Assembly: GCA_963812135.1 (NCBI GenBank)
Contig: CAWETU010000001.1
Coordinates: 608,001 to 672,000 of the forward strand
Length of the DNA stretch: 64,000 nt
Reading direction: 5' to 3'
From: Vulcanimicrobiota bacterium
Lineage (GTDB): Bacteria > Vulcanimicrobiota > Vulcanimicrobiia > Eremiobacterales > Eremiobacteraceae
Part shown: positions 9,910 through 20,905 of the stretch, piece after piece
How positions within the stretch are numbered: position 1 is the first letter of the stretch
Layout: each line of letters begins with the position of its first letter
Program-made: the position numbers and the translations under genes
The notes under the pieces: model-generated
What the model saw: the letters and a program-made list of their open reading frames with translations, nothing else
Told to the model about the DNA's origin: nothing
Databases searched by the model: none

Positions 9910-10589
9910 CCTGCGGAGTAATGGGCTCATGAGGTATGAGAAGAGAACCGACAGCGCCGTATAGGATGGCGCCAGATGGTATCAAGCACGCGTGATAGAT
10001 GCGGATCAAGAGCAGCTGCAGTCACTCCATTCGATGCGCTGCTCATGTGGTGAACGGAGCTCAAAGTCTGTTGTAGCACGCCACAAAGCGAAGGGGAAGC
10101 GCCTAACAAGCGGATGGCGCCTGGGCAGAGCTTTGCCCAATACGGTAGAACCCCTCTGGCACATCGAAGGGCCGCAGGCGAAATCCATAGTGGAGAAGGC
10201 GCTCGAAATCTGGTTCGAACCGCATAAAGAACACCGCGCTCGAATAATGACGCGATGCCTGCGCGTCAGTCCCGTCGACTCTCGGTAAACGCATCGAGAT
10301 AGCCGCCGGGAGCTGCAAAGTCAGCGGACCGATTTCGAGTGGAAAGTGACCTGACGCATCGGCGGCGAGCTATGGCGAACTGCTCGATGCTGCGCTGGCA
10401 CAAGCGTCGATCTCGTCTGATCGCAGTGATTCTGATACGTCGAATGACGTAAAGGTTGTGGTCGTCCGGATCATATGTGGTGCCCGCGAGCTTTCGCAGA
10501 AACGCGCAGTACGACCTTGGGCCGTCGAGGAATCCCGCATGCGTCAGCGATTGAACCCATCACGCTTAGTCCGACCGCAAAAAAAAGTG

Positions 10590-10740
10590 CCGAGTGCCCG
10601 GAGTGGGTTACCTCGCCTGCCAGGGAAACTCGGCGAATAGTTGTCTGGTCAGCGACGTAAATCGCGTGGTCATTCGGGTCGTACGCTAGTGCTTCGATTT
10701 CGTCGAACATGGCCTGCGAGCCGTTGCCGTACGCGCTGTT
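10590..10740 (-). pseudogene. NHL-repeat protein remnant
   Basis: Fragment GNGSQAMFDEIEALAYDPNDHAIYVADQTTIRRVSLAGEVT inside an atypical, lower-GC region; ends approximate. Confidence 0.45.
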
Positions 10741-11715
10741 CGAATGTTGGCAAAAGGAATTTCCGAGCATGAAATCGGTCCAACCGGGCGCGTGCAGCAG
10801 TCGGGCTATGGATCGCGGCATTACCACGTTTGCATTCGACGAGTACGATAGAGATCGCCAGCGTCCAAGACGAGGAGTCCACGCTGTTGGGCGAATCGTC
10901 AAGCCAAGCTTGGCCTCGGCTTCGAGGCCACGGTATTGCCCGGGTGGTGTGCGGCAGTTTGATTGTTGCGAGCGTGCCTGTAAGCAGGCGCAAGCGCCGT
11001 CAAACGATGCTAGTCAGTGACGTACAGATGATGATCTGCGCTGGTTGCAAGACGATCGACTTGTTATAGCATGGCCGACTGTTCGCGGTGCATTGAGTGT
11101 TTGTACGTCAGGCAGCTACGCATTTTAGTCGCGATCGAAGCGCTCACGCTTCGCAATATGGTCGCGCTCGGTTTACGGGACCATCGAAGCATGTCGGGCA
11201 GTAATCGTACGTGCGAAGACGTAGGTTAAACTTCGCGATTGCCGATTCGAAGCTGCGACCGATTAGCATGGGGGAACCGAACGCCAAAGCGGCAGAAGCT
11301 GCGCTTACGGTCCACTGCAGAGGTCGATGCAGTGGCCCCACACGAGCTCAGACGTGTGCAGTGCCCGGCGAGCAAGCGTCGACGCTCGCATCTTGGGTCA
11401 CCTTCTCAAGCAGCTTGCGTGTTCGATCCGTGAAGTATATCGCGTGGTCGTGTGCAGTTGAAGACGAAGCCTGCTGGCCAAGCGGTGTCTCCAGCCCGCG
11501 CAGCGCAACACGGTAATGCGTCCGCTCGCGTCGAAATTCGCGTCGCCCATGTGGCGGAACTGTCCGCGCCGCGGTAAATATAAACAACAAGGCCGCATCT
11601 ATCAAGATGAGCGCGCCCACGAGCCAAAGGACGGCGGGCCTATCCCGATACCATATGTCTGAAAGGCGTCGGCTGGTAACGTGACCGCGCACAGTGTGCG
11701 TGGTTTCTACGAGCC

Positions 11716-12201
11716 CTAGATGTGGCAGGTCGGGGCGATGCCGCGCTTTTCGAAGTAGCGCTGGTGGTAGTCTTCGGCCTCGTAGAACTTCGATGCCGGC
11801 GTGATCTCGGTGACGATCGGCCGCTTGAAACGTCCGGAACGCTGCGCTTCTTCTTTGGACCGTTTCGCGATCGCCTCTTGCTCGGGCGTGTGGAAGAAGA
11901 TCGCGGAGCGATACTGCGTGCCGTAGTCGGGCCCTTGACGGTTCAGCTGCGTCGGATCGTGCATCGTCCAGAACGCGTCGAGCAATTTCTCGTATGACAC
12001 TTTTTGCGGATCGTACGTGACCTGGACGACTTCGGCGTGCCCGGTGCGATCGGTGCACACGTCTTCGTACGTCGGATTGTCGAGCGTGCCCCCGAGATAA
12101 CCGACGCGCGCGTCGATGACGCCCGGGATCTGCCGGAAATTCGATTCGACGCCCCAGAAACAACCTGCTCCGAAAGTGGCTTTTTGCAATCCGTCTGACA
12201 T
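11716..12201 (-). CDS. msrA: Peptide-methionine (S)-S-oxide reductase, cytoplasmic
   Basis: GAGCFWG, RTGHAE, AEDYHQ, C-terminal Cys. Confidence 0.93.
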   Translation of the reverse strand: MSDGLQKATFGAGCFWGVESNFRQIPGVIDARVGYLGGTLDNPTYEDVCTDRTGHAEVVQVTYDPQKVSYEKLLDAFWTMHDPTQLNRQGPDYGTQYRSAIFFHTPEQEAIAKRSKEEAQRSGRFKRPIVTEITPASKFYEAEDYHQRYFEKRGIAPTCHI

Positions 12202-12231
12202 GTTTTTATGCTCCCATATGTTTCTACGTGG

Positions 12232-14115
12232 CTACGGCGTCTTCGGATGCGCGACCTTGCGCAGCCGGCGCAGATCCCCGTCGCGTAAGGTCACGCCGAT
12301 GCCGTCGAAATACTCCATGAGCGGCAGCGCGTACTTGCGCGACGTCCCGAAGGCGTCGCGCAGCTGCGCCATGGTGGCACCGCTGCCGTCCTTCAGCACG
12401 GTCGCGAGCACGGTGCGCGCGTGCTGCAACTGCGCGCGCCGGTAGAGGTCGTCGCCGACGCGTACGAGCGCGCCGGTCGCCAACAGCGTGTCGATGGCCT
12501 CGACAAGGCCCTCGATACGCGCGCTCGTCGCGTGCTTCGCGACCGCGTCATAGGAATGCGGAACCAACGGGCTCGCGGGATCGTCGCGCAGCGCATCGAC
12601 GAAAAACGCACGCTGTTGCGCGGTCAGCGTCGGGGCCACGCCGGGAAGATGCCACCATCTGCCGGTCGACGCGATCCGGCCGTCGTCGTGCCACGCCGCG
12701 AGCAGACGCACCATCAGCGCTTCTGGTATTGCGAATTCTGCGGCGATTTCAGGCGCGTGTGCGCCGAGCGTCCAGGGCGCCTTACGATGCCGCTGTTCGA
12801 GAAAAAGTGCAAGCCGCTCGAAACCCGCGTCGAACGCCGCGCGCGCCACGTACGATTGCGGCTTTTGGATAACGACCGCGTCTCCCGTCGCAACGAGAGC
12901 ATCGATCTGGGCTTGTGCGCGATCGACGACGACGTTGAGCGCAGCAGCGATCTGGGTCGTTTGAAGCGGCACCAGGCCCGACGCCGACAACACTTCAAGC
13001 GCACCTGTAGCGGTCGAATCTATTCGACCGAGACCCAATGCAGTGGTCGAATCTATTCGACCGAGAGCGACCGCTCCGCCGAGCAGATCCTTCGGACTCA
13101 TGCGGCGCACGATGAGGCGGCTGCCCGGATAGAAGACGGTCGGGCGCGACAACAACAAACGCGCGCGCACGGTCTCCGCCTGCGCCGGCGCTGTCCGCTC
13201 GAACACCAGCGTGCCTGGGATCTCGTCCGAACCGATGTGCGCGCGGACCGGCGTGCGCCGCTTCAACATGCGCAGCGCTTGCGGCAGCGGGGTGAAGTCG
13301 ACGAGCAGCTCGTTCGCGGGCGCGAATTCGCGCGGTGCCACCAGCGTCTCGCCGCGCCGGATCGCGCCGACTTCTATGCCCGGCAGGTTCACCGCCACGC
13401 GCGCGCCGCCCGTGGCGGATTCGACTTTGCGGCCGAACGTCTGGATACTGCGCGCGCGCACCTCGACGCCGCTCGGCTGCAGCAGCAGCGCGTCGCCGGT
13501 CTTGATCGTGCCTTGCATGAGCGTGCCCGTCACGATCGTGCCATGTCCGGGTAGCGCGAAGACCCGATCGACCGGCAGATACGCGGGTGCGTCCGGATCG
13601 CGCGGCGGCAACGCATGCAGCGCCGTGCGAATCGCATCCTTGAGTTCGGCGATGCCTTCGCCCGTCAGGCTCGACACCGCGACGATCGGCGCATCCGCAG
13701 CAACGGTCCCAGCCACGGCATCGCGCGCGAGCGCGCTCGCGATCTCGAGGCCGTCGGCATCGACGAGGTCCCGTTTGGTCAGCACGATGATCGCGCGGCG
13801 CACGTTGAGCAGATCGAGGATACGCAAGTGGTCGAATGTCTGTGCGCGCGGACCTTCGCCCGCGTCGATGACGAGCAGCAGCAGCTCCATGCCCGCGGCT
13901 CCCGCCAGCATGTTATGGAGAAAGCGCTCGTGTCCGGGCACGTCGATGATGCCGGCTTCGACGCCGTCGTCGAATCGCAGCGGCGCAAAGCCGAGATCGA
14001 GCGTCATGCCGCGCTCGCGTTCCTCGATGAGCCGGTCCGGGTCGTGGCCGGTCAGCGCGATGACGAGCGAGCTCTTGCCGTGGTCGACGTGGCCGGCGGT
14101 GCCGATGATGTGCAT
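12232..14115 (-). CDS. selB: Selenocysteine-specific elongation factor
   Basis: GTAGHVDHGKS, DVPGHE, C-terminal SECIS-binding FGTSRKYALPLMEYFD. Confidence 0.95.
   Translation of the reverse strand: MHIIGTAGHVDHGKSSLVIALTGHDPDRLIEERERGMTLDLGFAPLRFDDGVEAGIIDVPGHERFLHNMLAGAAGMELLLLVIDAGEGPRAQTFDHLRILDLLNVRRAIIVLTKRDLVDADGLEIASALARDAVAGTVAADAPIVAVSSLTGEGIAELKDAIRTALHALPPRDPDAPAYLPVDRVFALPGHGTIVTGTLMQGTIKTGDALLLQPSGVEVRARSIQTFGRKVESATGGARVAVNLPGIEVGAIRRGETLVAPREFAPANELLVDFTPLPQALRMLKRRTPVRAHIGSDEIPGTLVFERTAPAQAETVRARLLLSRPTVFYPGSRLIVRRMSPKDLLGGAVALGRIDSTTALGLGRIDSTATGALEVLSASGLVPLQTTQIAAALNVVVDRAQAQIDALVATGDAVVIQKPQSYVARAAFDAGFERLALFLEQRHRKAPWTLGAHAPEIAAEFAIPEALMVRLLAAWHDDGRIASTGRWWHLPGVAPTLTAQQRAFFVDALRDDPASPLVPHSYDAVAKHATSARIEGLVEAIDTLLATGALVRVGDDLYRRAQLQHARTVLATVLKDGSGATMAQLRDAFGTSRKYALPLMEYFDGIGVTLRDGDLRRLRKVAHPKTP
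13007..13063 (+). repeat. Tandem pair of GTAG-type REP-like palindromes inside selB
   Basis: GTAG-CGGTCGAA-tcta-TTCGACCG at 13007-13030 and GCAG-TGGTCGAA-tcta-TTCGACCG at 13040-13063; 33-bp period. Confidence 0.75.
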
Positions 14116-14144
14116 GCGTGCGTCGGCGCGAACGTGACGCGCCG

Positions 14145-15509
14145 CTAGGGCGCGGGCGCGGATATGTCGAGCGCGCCTGCCAGCGCGGCGGCGAGCGCAT
14201 CGAGGTCAGATTCGCGCACCGCGCGCAGGTCGGCGACGAAATGGTCATCTTCGACGCGGCCGATCACCGGCGGTTGCGCGCGACGCAGACGCGCCGCAAA
14301 CGCGTCTGGTCCGTCCTCGGTGCGCACGCACACGCCCGCCGATGCGATCTCGACATCGGGCAGCGTGCCGCCGCCGGTCGTCGCCGCGGTGCGCACGACG
14401 CTGACTTTCGCCGCCGGCCGCTGCGCTTTGACCGCGGCGCAGACGCGTTCTGCTCTCGCCATCAGCTCTGCCTGTGTCGTCTTAAGCATCGCGAACAACG
14501 GGATATCGTCAAGCGTTCCCTCGACGTACGAGGAGAGCGTCGCGCTCAATGCCGCGAGCGTCATCTTGTCCACGCGCAGCGCGCGCAGCAGCGGATTGCG
14601 TTTGAGCGCGCCGATCAGATCGGCTCGGCCTGCGATGATGCCGCACTGGGGACCGCCGAGCAATTTGTCGCCTGACACCGTCACGAGATCGAGGCCCGCG
14701 GCGATCGTCTGCGCGAGCGTCGGCTCGGACGGCAGTCCGAACCCGGTCAGGTCGACGAGCGCGCCCGTGCCCAGGTCCTCGAACGAGATGATTTCGAGCT
14801 CGCGCGCGAGCGCCGCCAGCATCGCCGCCGGAACCGTGGCGGTGAAGCCGCTGACTCGGTAATTGCTCGGATGCGTGCGCATGAAAAGCGCGGTGTTGGC
14901 GTTCCACGCATCGCGATAGTCGCGGGGATAGGTCTTGTTGGTCGTGCCGACTTCCACCAAGACCGCGCCACTCTTGGCGAGCACGTCAGGCAGCCGGAAA
15001 CCGCCGCCGATCTCGATCAACTCGCCGCGGCTAACGACGACTTCGCGTCCGCGCGCGAAGGTGTCCAACACGAGCAGCACTGCGGCGGCGCAGTTGTTGA
15101 CGACGAGCGTCGCCTGCGCGCCGGAGACCTCGCGCAAGAGCGACGAGATGCGATCGTAGCGGCTGCCGCGATCGCCCGTCGCGATGTCGTATTCCAGATT
15201 GGTGTAACCCGCGCCGAGCTCGCGGACGGCGTCGAGCGCCTTCTCGGAGAGCGGCGACCGGCCGAAATTGGTGTGCAGCAAGACACCGGTCGCATTGATG
15301 ACGCCGACCAGGCCCTCGGCATGGGCGTGCGAGAGCCGCTCCAAAACGCCGGCGCGCAACGATTCGAACGACGCGCCGGCCGCAGCGGAGCGCGCCGCGT
15401 CGAGCACCGCTTGGACGTGCGCGCGTATAGCGCCGCGTCCGAGGAGCGGCGCATACGTGGCGATCGCGGGGTCGGTGGTGAAACGATGGACGGCGGGTAT
15501 GTCGCGCAT
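14145..15509 (-). CDS. selA: L-seryl-tRNA(Sec) selenium transferase
   Basis: VINATGVLLHTNFGR, EIGGGFR, EVGTTN, SGDKLLGGPQ. Confidence 0.95.
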   Translation of the reverse strand: MRDIPAVHRFTTDPAIATYAPLLGRGAIRAHVQAVLDAARSAAAGASFESLRAGVLERLSHAHAEGLVGVINATGVLLHTNFGRSPLSEKALDAVRELGAGYTNLEYDIATGDRGSRYDRISSLLREVSGAQATLVVNNCAAAVLLVLDTFARGREVVVSRGELIEIGGGFRLPDVLAKSGAVLVEVGTTNKTYPRDYRDAWNANTALFMRTHPSNYRVSGFTATVPAAMLAALARELEIISFEDLGTGALVDLTGFGLPSEPTLAQTIAAGLDLVTVSGDKLLGGPQCGIIAGRADLIGALKRNPLLRALRVDKMTLAALSATLSSYVEGTLDDIPLFAMLKTTQAELMARAERVCAAVKAQRPAAKVSVVRTAATTGGGTLPDVEIASAGVCVRTEDGPDAFAARLRRAQPPVIGRVEDDHFVADLRAVRESDLDALAAALAGALDISAPAP

Positions 15510-15529
15510 CGTCCTAGATCAAGTGGCGC

Positions 15530-15862
15530 CTACGCGGCGGCGAGATGTTTCTCGACCATCGCCGAGAGATGCTTTTCGGGCACGTATCCCACGATGCGGT
15601 CGACCGGTGCGCCGCCCTTGAAGAGGATGAGGCACGGAATGCCGGACACGTCGTACTGCGCGGCGAGATTCGGATTGTCATCGGTGTCGAGCTTGACGAC
15701 CTTCAGCTTGCCCTTGAACTGATCGGCGATCTTGTCGACGATCGGCGCGATCATCTTGCACGGGCCGCACCAGTCAGCCCAAAAATCGACGAGCACGGGC
15801 TCGGACGACTTGAGGACTTCGGCGTCGAAGTTGCTCTGATTGACGGCGGTGGCGGAACTCAC
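15530..15862 (-). CDS. trxA: Thioredoxin
   Basis: WCGPC active site. Confidence 0.95.
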   Translation of the reverse strand: MSSATAVNQSNFDAEVLKSSEPVLVDFWADWCGPCKMIAPIVDKIADQFKGKLKVVKLDTDDNPNLAAQYDVSGIPCLILFKGGAPVDRIVGYVPEKHLSAMVEKHLAAA

Positions 15863-15898
15863 GGTATTTTGTTCTCCTTTGAGCGGTACGTCTTAGGG

Positions 15899-18430
15899 TT
15901 AGAGGCGTTCCATCTCCTCCGTGCGCTGGCCTATGTTCGCTGCCCCTGTGACGACATCTCCCTCATCCATCTTCATCACGCGCACGCCTTGCGCCGCCCG
16001 GCCGGTCTCCCGGATCTGGAACACCTTGGTGCGGATGACGACGCCCTTGGTCGTGATGACCATGATCTCGTCGTCGGGCTTGACGAGCAGCTGCTCGACG
16101 ATGTCGCCGTTCTTGGCGGTCTTGGAGAACGCTTTGATGCCCTTGCCGCCGCGATTGGTCTTGCGGTAATGATCGATCTTCGTGCGCTTGCCGTAGCCTT
16201 TGGCGGTGATCACCAGCACTTCACGGCGATCCTTCGAGACGACGTCCATCGCGCGCACGAGGTCGCGGGAGCCGAGGCGCACGGCGCGCACGCCGCGGCT
16301 GGCGCGGCCCATCGGGCGCACCTTCGCCTCTTCGAATCGGATCGCGAAGCCGCCGGTGGTGGCGAGCAGCAGCTCTGCCTTGCCGTTGGTCAACGCCACC
16401 GACAGCAGCTCGTCGCCGGGCATGAGGTTGATGGCGATGAGTCCGCTGCGCCGCACGTTGCCGAAATCGGACAGCGGCGTCTTCTTGATATAGCCTTTCT
16501 TGGTGACCATCACAAGGAATTCTTCGGTCTTGAGCTTGCGCACCGGCATGACCGCGGTGATGACCTCGCCAGGCGGCAGCGTGAGCAGGTTGACGAGCGC
16601 GGTGCCGCGCGCCTGGCGCGATGCGTCGGGGATCTCGTGCGCGCGCAGGCGATAGACGCGCCCGCGATTGGAGAAGAAGAGTACGTGCTGGTGCGTCGAG
16701 GCCGAGAACAAGAAGCGGACGACGTCTTCCTTTTTCAGGGCCAGACCCGAGATGCCGCGGCCGCCGCGGTTTTGCGCGCGGAACACGTCGACGTTTTGAC
16801 GTTTGATGTAGCCGCCGGTCGTCGCGGTGATGACCACCGGCTGATCCGGGATCAGATCCTCGATCGCGAACTCGCCCTCGGCTTCGACGATCTGCGTGCG
16901 GCGCTTGTCGCCGTAGCGCTTCTTGAGCGCGTTGATCTCTTCTTTGACGACCGAGTAGATGCGCCGCTGGCTGCGCAACAGCTCTTCGAGACCCGCGATC
17001 GTCTTGAGCAGCGCGACGTATTCGTCTTCGATCTTCTGGCGTTCGAGCGCGACCAGCCGCTGCAGGCGCAGGTCGAGGATCGCGTTGGCTTGTATCTCGC
17101 TCAGCTCGAATTTCTTCATCAAGCCGGCGCGCGCTTCTTCGGTGGTCTGCGACGCGCGGATCAGCTTGATGACCGCATCCAGATGCTCGAGGGCGATGCG
17201 GTAGCCTTCTAAGATATGCGCGCGTTCTTTGGCCTTGCGCAGATCGTACTGCGCGCGGCGTGTGATGACGATGCGCCGGTGCTCGACGTATTGGGTCAGC
17301 ATCTCGCGCAGGCTCAGCGTGCGCGGCTGCCCGTCGACGAGCGCGACGTTGTTCACACCGAAGCTGGTCTGCAGCGGTGTGTGTTTGTAGAGCTGATTGA
17401 GCACGAGCTGCGCGGAGGCTTCGCGCTTGAGCTCGATGACGATGCGCATGCCCTTTCGATCGCTCTCGTCGCGCAGATCCGCGATGCCCGCGGTCTTCTT
17501 CATCGCCACCATCTCGGCGATCGACTCGAGCAGGCGCGTCTTGTTGACCTGATACGGGATCTCGGTGACGATGATCGCCTGGCGGCCGCCGCGGATCTCC
17601 TCGAATTCGTGCTTGGAGCGCAGCATGATGGAGCCGCGGCCGGTGAGATAGCTTTGGCGGATGCCTTCGCGGCCGAGGATAAGCGCGCCGGTCGGGAAGT
17701 CGGGTCCGGTGACGATCTTCAGCAGCTCGTCGTCGCCGATCTCCTTGTCTTCGATGAGCGCGACAGCGGCGTCGCAGATCTCGCCGAGATTGTGCGGCGG
17801 TATATTGGTCGCCATGCCGACGGCGATGCCCGACGAGCCGTTGACGAGCAAGTTCGGCAGACGCGCCGGCAGCAGAGACGGTTCGCGCGATGACGAGTCG
17901 TAGTTGGGGACGAAGTCGACGGTCTCGCGATCGATGTCGGCGAGCATCTCGAGCGCCAAGGCGCCGAGACGAGCTTCGGTGTAACGCATCGCCGCCGGCG
18001 GGTCGCCGTCGATCGAACCGAAATTGCCGTGTCCGTTGATGAGCGGATAGCGCAAGCTGAAGTCCTGCGCCATGCGCACCATCGCGTCGTAGACCGAAAC
18101 GTCGCCGTGCGGGTGGTAGTTCTTGAGGACCTCGCCGACGGTGCCCGCGCTCTTGCGATGCGGCTTGTCGGGGTTCAGCCCGAGCTGCGACATCGCGTAC
18201 AAGATGCGCCGGTGGACCGGTTTGAGACCGTCGCGGACATCGGGAAGCGCCCGCGCCACGATGACGCTCATCGCGTAATCGAGGTAGGACGTGCGCATCT
18301 CGTCTTCGATGTTGACCGTCAGCACGCGGTCTGATGGCGTGGTGTGGCGGTATTCCTCGAAGCTCATGTCGGGGCGCGGCTTTCGCGTGCCGCCGTCTTT
18401 TTTGGCGCCGTCGTCGTCAGCTGGAGGCAA
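15899..18430 (-). CDS. gyrA: DNA gyrase subunit A
   Basis: YHPHGD, AAMRYTE, GyrA-box QNRGGRG; start may be ATG at 18367. Confidence 0.95.
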   Translation of the reverse strand: MPPADDDGAKKDGGTRKPRPDMSFEEYRHTTPSDRVLTVNIEDEMRTSYLDYAMSVIVARALPDVRDGLKPVHRRILYAMSQLGLNPDKPHRKSAGTVGEVLKNYHPHGDVSVYDAMVRMAQDFSLRYPLINGHGNFGSIDGDPPAAMRYTEARLGALALEMLADIDRETVDFVPNYDSSSREPSLLPARLPNLLVNGSSGIAVGMATNIPPHNLGEICDAAVALIEDKEIGDDELLKIVTGPDFPTGALILGREGIRQSYLTGRGSIMLRSKHEFEEIRGGRQAIIVTEIPYQVNKTRLLESIAEMVAMKKTAGIADLRDESDRKGMRIVIELKREASAQLVLNQLYKHTPLQTSFGVNNVALVDGQPRTLSLREMLTQYVEHRRIVITRRAQYDLRKAKERAHILEGYRIALEHLDAVIKLIRASQTTEEARAGLMKKFELSEIQANAILDLRLQRLVALERQKIEDEYVALLKTIAGLEELLRSQRRIYSVVKEEINALKKRYGDKRRTQIVEAEGEFAIEDLIPDQPVVITATTGGYIKRQNVDVFRAQNRGGRGISGLALKKEDVVRFLFSASTHQHVLFFSNRGRVYRLRAHEIPDASRQARGTALVNLLTLPPGEVITAVMPVRKLKTEEFLVMVTKKGYIKKTPLSDFGNVRRSGLIAINLMPGDELLSVALTNGKAELLLATTGGFAIRFEEAKVRPMGRASRGVRAVRLGSRDLVRAMDVVSKDRREVLVITAKGYGKRTKIDHYRKTNRGGKGIKAFSKTAKNGDIVEQLLVKPDDEIMVITTKGVVIRTKVFQIRETGRAAQGVRVMKMDEGDVVTGAANIGQRTEEMERL

Positions 18431-18552
18431 GGATAAAGTGGCCCTTTTCTAAGTGAAATCCCGGCGTTTTTGGGCCGGGGCGTGCAACACGACAATGTTC
18501 GATTTGCGCCGCTTGCACTCCCGCCCAAAGGCGCGCACGAGCGCACCGTGAA

Positions 18553-19038
18553 ATGGAGCGCGGCTTGGGACATATCGATTTTTCACTCGCGGACGCGGCC
18601 GCGACAAGAGCGCTGGGAGCTCGGCTCGCCGCTGTCTGCCCGCCCGGCTCGCTGGTCTTGCTGCGCGGGCCGCTCGGGGCCGGCAAGACCACCCTCGTGG
18701 AAGGCGTGGTCGAAGCCCTCGGCGCCGGACACGCCGCGAGTCCTACTTTTGTCTTGGTCCATGCGTACCTCGGCGGCAGCATGCCGGTCTCGCACGTCGA
18801 TCTGTATCGGCTCGAGGATCCGCGCGACGTTGAAGATCTCGACATCGGGCAATACGTGCGCGCGGACGGCATCACATTGGTGGAATGGCCGGAACGGGCC
18901 GCGGACGCCTGGGCTGCCGACCGCATCGAGATCGACATCGCGCTCGACGGCGACGGGCGGCGGGCACACGTCGAAGGCTTCGGCTCGCTCGCAGACGTCG
19001 TCGCGCAGCTGGCGCTCGGCCGCGAAGTGCGCGGATGA
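18553..19038 (+). CDS. tsaE: t6A biosynthesis ATPase
   Basis: GPLGAGKT, SPTF, HVDLYRL, VEWPE. Confidence 0.92.
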   Translation: MERGLGHIDFSLADAAATRALGARLAAVCPPGSLVLLRGPLGAGKTTLVEGVVEALGAGHAASPTFVLVHAYLGGSMPVSHVDLYRLEDPRDVEDLDIGQYVRADGITLVEWPERAADAWAADRIEIDIALDGDGRRAHVEGFGSLADVVAQLALGREVRG

Positions 19039-19715
19039 TCGTGCTCGGCATCACGACCTCGGGACCCGTCGAGGCGAGCATCGTCGGCGGCGAACGCGAG
19101 GTGGCCGTCGCGAGCACGGGTCAAGCGCTGTCGTCACTACTCGATTGCGTGACGAGCGCGCTGGCGCAATCCGAGCACGCATTGTCCGAGGTCGGCGCGA
19201 TCGCGGTCTGCACCGGCCCCGGATCGTTCACGGGTCTGCGCATCGGCGTCGCCTTCGCGAAGGGAGTCGCGCAAGCGCGCGACTTGCCGTGCATCGGCGT
19301 ATCGGCATACGACGTCGCCGAGGCCGGCAGCCGCGCATTGTTCCCGCGTGCGGCGATCGTGATCGGCAAACAAGGGTACTATTACGCGCGGCTGTGCGCC
19401 GCGGCCGATGCCCCGGCGACCTTCGTCCACGGCGATGCGGCCGCGATCGCGCGCGCGGTGACGCAGCTGGCGTCGACCTGCGGCCGGCCGGTGATGCTTC
19501 ACGGCGAAACCCGCGTGCTGGCCACCGGCAGAGACGCGATCGCCGCGGGCAGCTTCGCGTCGCGCCGGCCTGGCGACCGGGCGTCGTCCGTCGCGCAGCT
19601 GGGGGCCGCGCGTCTGCGTGCGGGCGAAGATGCCGACTGGCGGCGCATCGCGATCGACTACGGTCAGCGTCCCAACGCAGTGACGAATTGGGAGGCCAGG
19701 CGCAGCCGGACGTGA
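19035..19715 (+). CDS. tsaB: t6A biosynthesis protein
   Basis: GPGSFTGLRIG motif; follows tsaE. Confidence 0.88.
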   Translation: MIVLGITTSGPVEASIVGGEREVAVASTGQALSSLLDCVTSALAQSEHALSEVGAIAVCTGPGSFTGLRIGVAFAKGVAQARDLPCIGVSAYDVAEAGSRALFPRAAIVIGKQGYYYARLCAAADAPATFVHGDAAAIARAVTQLASTCGRPVMLHGETRVLATGRDAIAAGSFASRRPGDRASSVAQLGAARLRAGEDADWRRIAIDYGQRPNAVTNWEARRSRT

Positions 19716-19766
19716 CCTGCGCCTAAGAATGGTGCCGCGTCGGCCAGCGCGAACCACGCCCCTGGA

Positions 19767-20279
19767 ATGAAGTCGCTGTCCAGAACCCTCGAAATCGCAC
19801 CGATGAGCGTGGACGACATCGGCGATGTTTTGCGGGTCGAGGCGCAGTGCTTTTCGACGACATGGCCGCGCAACGCGTTCCTCAACGAGCTGACGGAGAA
19901 CAGGCTGGCCCACTATTTCGTCGGCCGCGCCGAAGAAGCGACCATCGCATACGGCGGCCTGTGGGTGATCCTCGAAGACGCGCACATCACGACCGTCGCC
20001 GTCGATCCGGCGTATCAAGGCAAGGGCTACGGCGAGCGCATGCTTGTCTGGCTGCTCGACGAGGCCATCAACCGCGGCGCGTCGTGGATCACGCTCGAAG
20101 TCCGCGAGTCGAATCAGACGGCGCAGAACCTCTATAAGAAGTACGGCTTCACGGTGGTCAACACGCGGCGCGGCTATTATTCCGATAACGACGAGAACGC
20201 GCTCGTGATGTGGGCGGGCAATCTGAAGGGCACGATCTACCGCAACAGGCTGGCCTCGCTGAAAGAGAGCTTGCGCTGA
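19767..20279 (+). CDS. rimI: Ribosomal protein S18 alanine N-acetyltransferase
   Basis: TLEVRESN...LYKKYGF...RRGYY...ENALVM. Confidence 0.9.
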   Translation: MKSLSRTLEIAPMSVDDIGDVLRVEAQCFSTTWPRNAFLNELTENRLAHYFVGRAEEATIAYGGLWVILEDAHITTVAVDPAYQGKGYGERMLVWLLDEAINRGASWITLEVRESNQTAQNLYKKYGFTVVNTRRGYYSDNDENALVMWAGNLKGTIYRNRLASLKESLR

Positions 20280-20287
20280 CGGCCGAC

Positions 20288-20905
20288 GTGCACCCGCGCA
20301 CCGCCGCCGTTCCCAATGGCTCCGGCATCCGATTCGTGCACTTGATTCGCGCGGTGCGCGCACGTTTGACGCGCGCCCGCTATCGGCACGTGTTAGGGGT
20401 CGCACGGATGGCGGAGAAGCTCGCGCGGCGCTACGGGATCTCGCGCGCTGCAGCGCGCATGGCGGCGATCTTACACGATATCGCGCGGCAATGGACGCCC
20501 GACGAATTGGTCGCCTATGCCGCGCAGCACCGCATCCTCGCGAACGAGAGCGAACGCGCGGCGCCGATCCTGCTGCACGCGAAAGTCGCCGCGGATATCG
20601 CGCGGCGCGAGTTCGGCGTGACCGACGATGACGTGCTCGCCGCGATCGAGACGCATACTGTCGCCGTGCCCGGCATGTCCGATCTGCAAAAGATCATCTT
20701 CCTGGCCGACACGTTCGAGCCGTCACGGACGTTCCCGGCGCGCGCGGCGCTCGAGGCCGCAGCGCTGCGCTCGCTCGATGAAGGCATGCTCGCCTGCGTC
20801 AAGGCGTCTCTTGAATACCTGATGTCGCGCGACGTTCCGATCGCGCCGCAAACGCTGGAGGTCTACAACACTTTGGTACGAGGCAACAATGGCCCGACGT
20901 CCTAA
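20288..20905 (+). CDS. yqeK: HD-domain Ap4A hydrolase YqeK
   Basis: RYRHVLGV, ILHDIA, LLHAKV, IFLADTFEP; start approximate. Confidence 0.85.
   Translation: MHPRTAAVPNGSGIRFVHLIRAVRARLTRARYRHVLGVARMAEKLARRYGISRAAARMAAILHDIARQWTPDELVAYAAQHRILANESERAAPILLHAKVAADIARREFGVTDDDVLAAIETHTVAVPGMSDLQKIIFLADTFEPSRTFPARAALEAAALRSLDEGMLACVKASLEYLMSRDVPIAPQTLEVYNTLVRGNNGPTS

Noticed and set aside
11144..11680. Second selenoprotein candidate (TGA at 11348-11350)
   Set aside because: Lies in a decayed region; no recognisable family or Cys-aligned evidence
4205..11700. Genomic island integrated at tRNA-Sec
   Set aside because: No integrase and no duplicated tRNA 3' end seen; the accessory genes lie on the tRNA 5' side
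15545..17212. Long antisense ORFs (e.g. 555 aa opposite gyrA; similar ones opposite selAB, thiolase and telA)
   Set aside because: Shadow ORFs typical of high-GC codon bias, with no recognisable motifs
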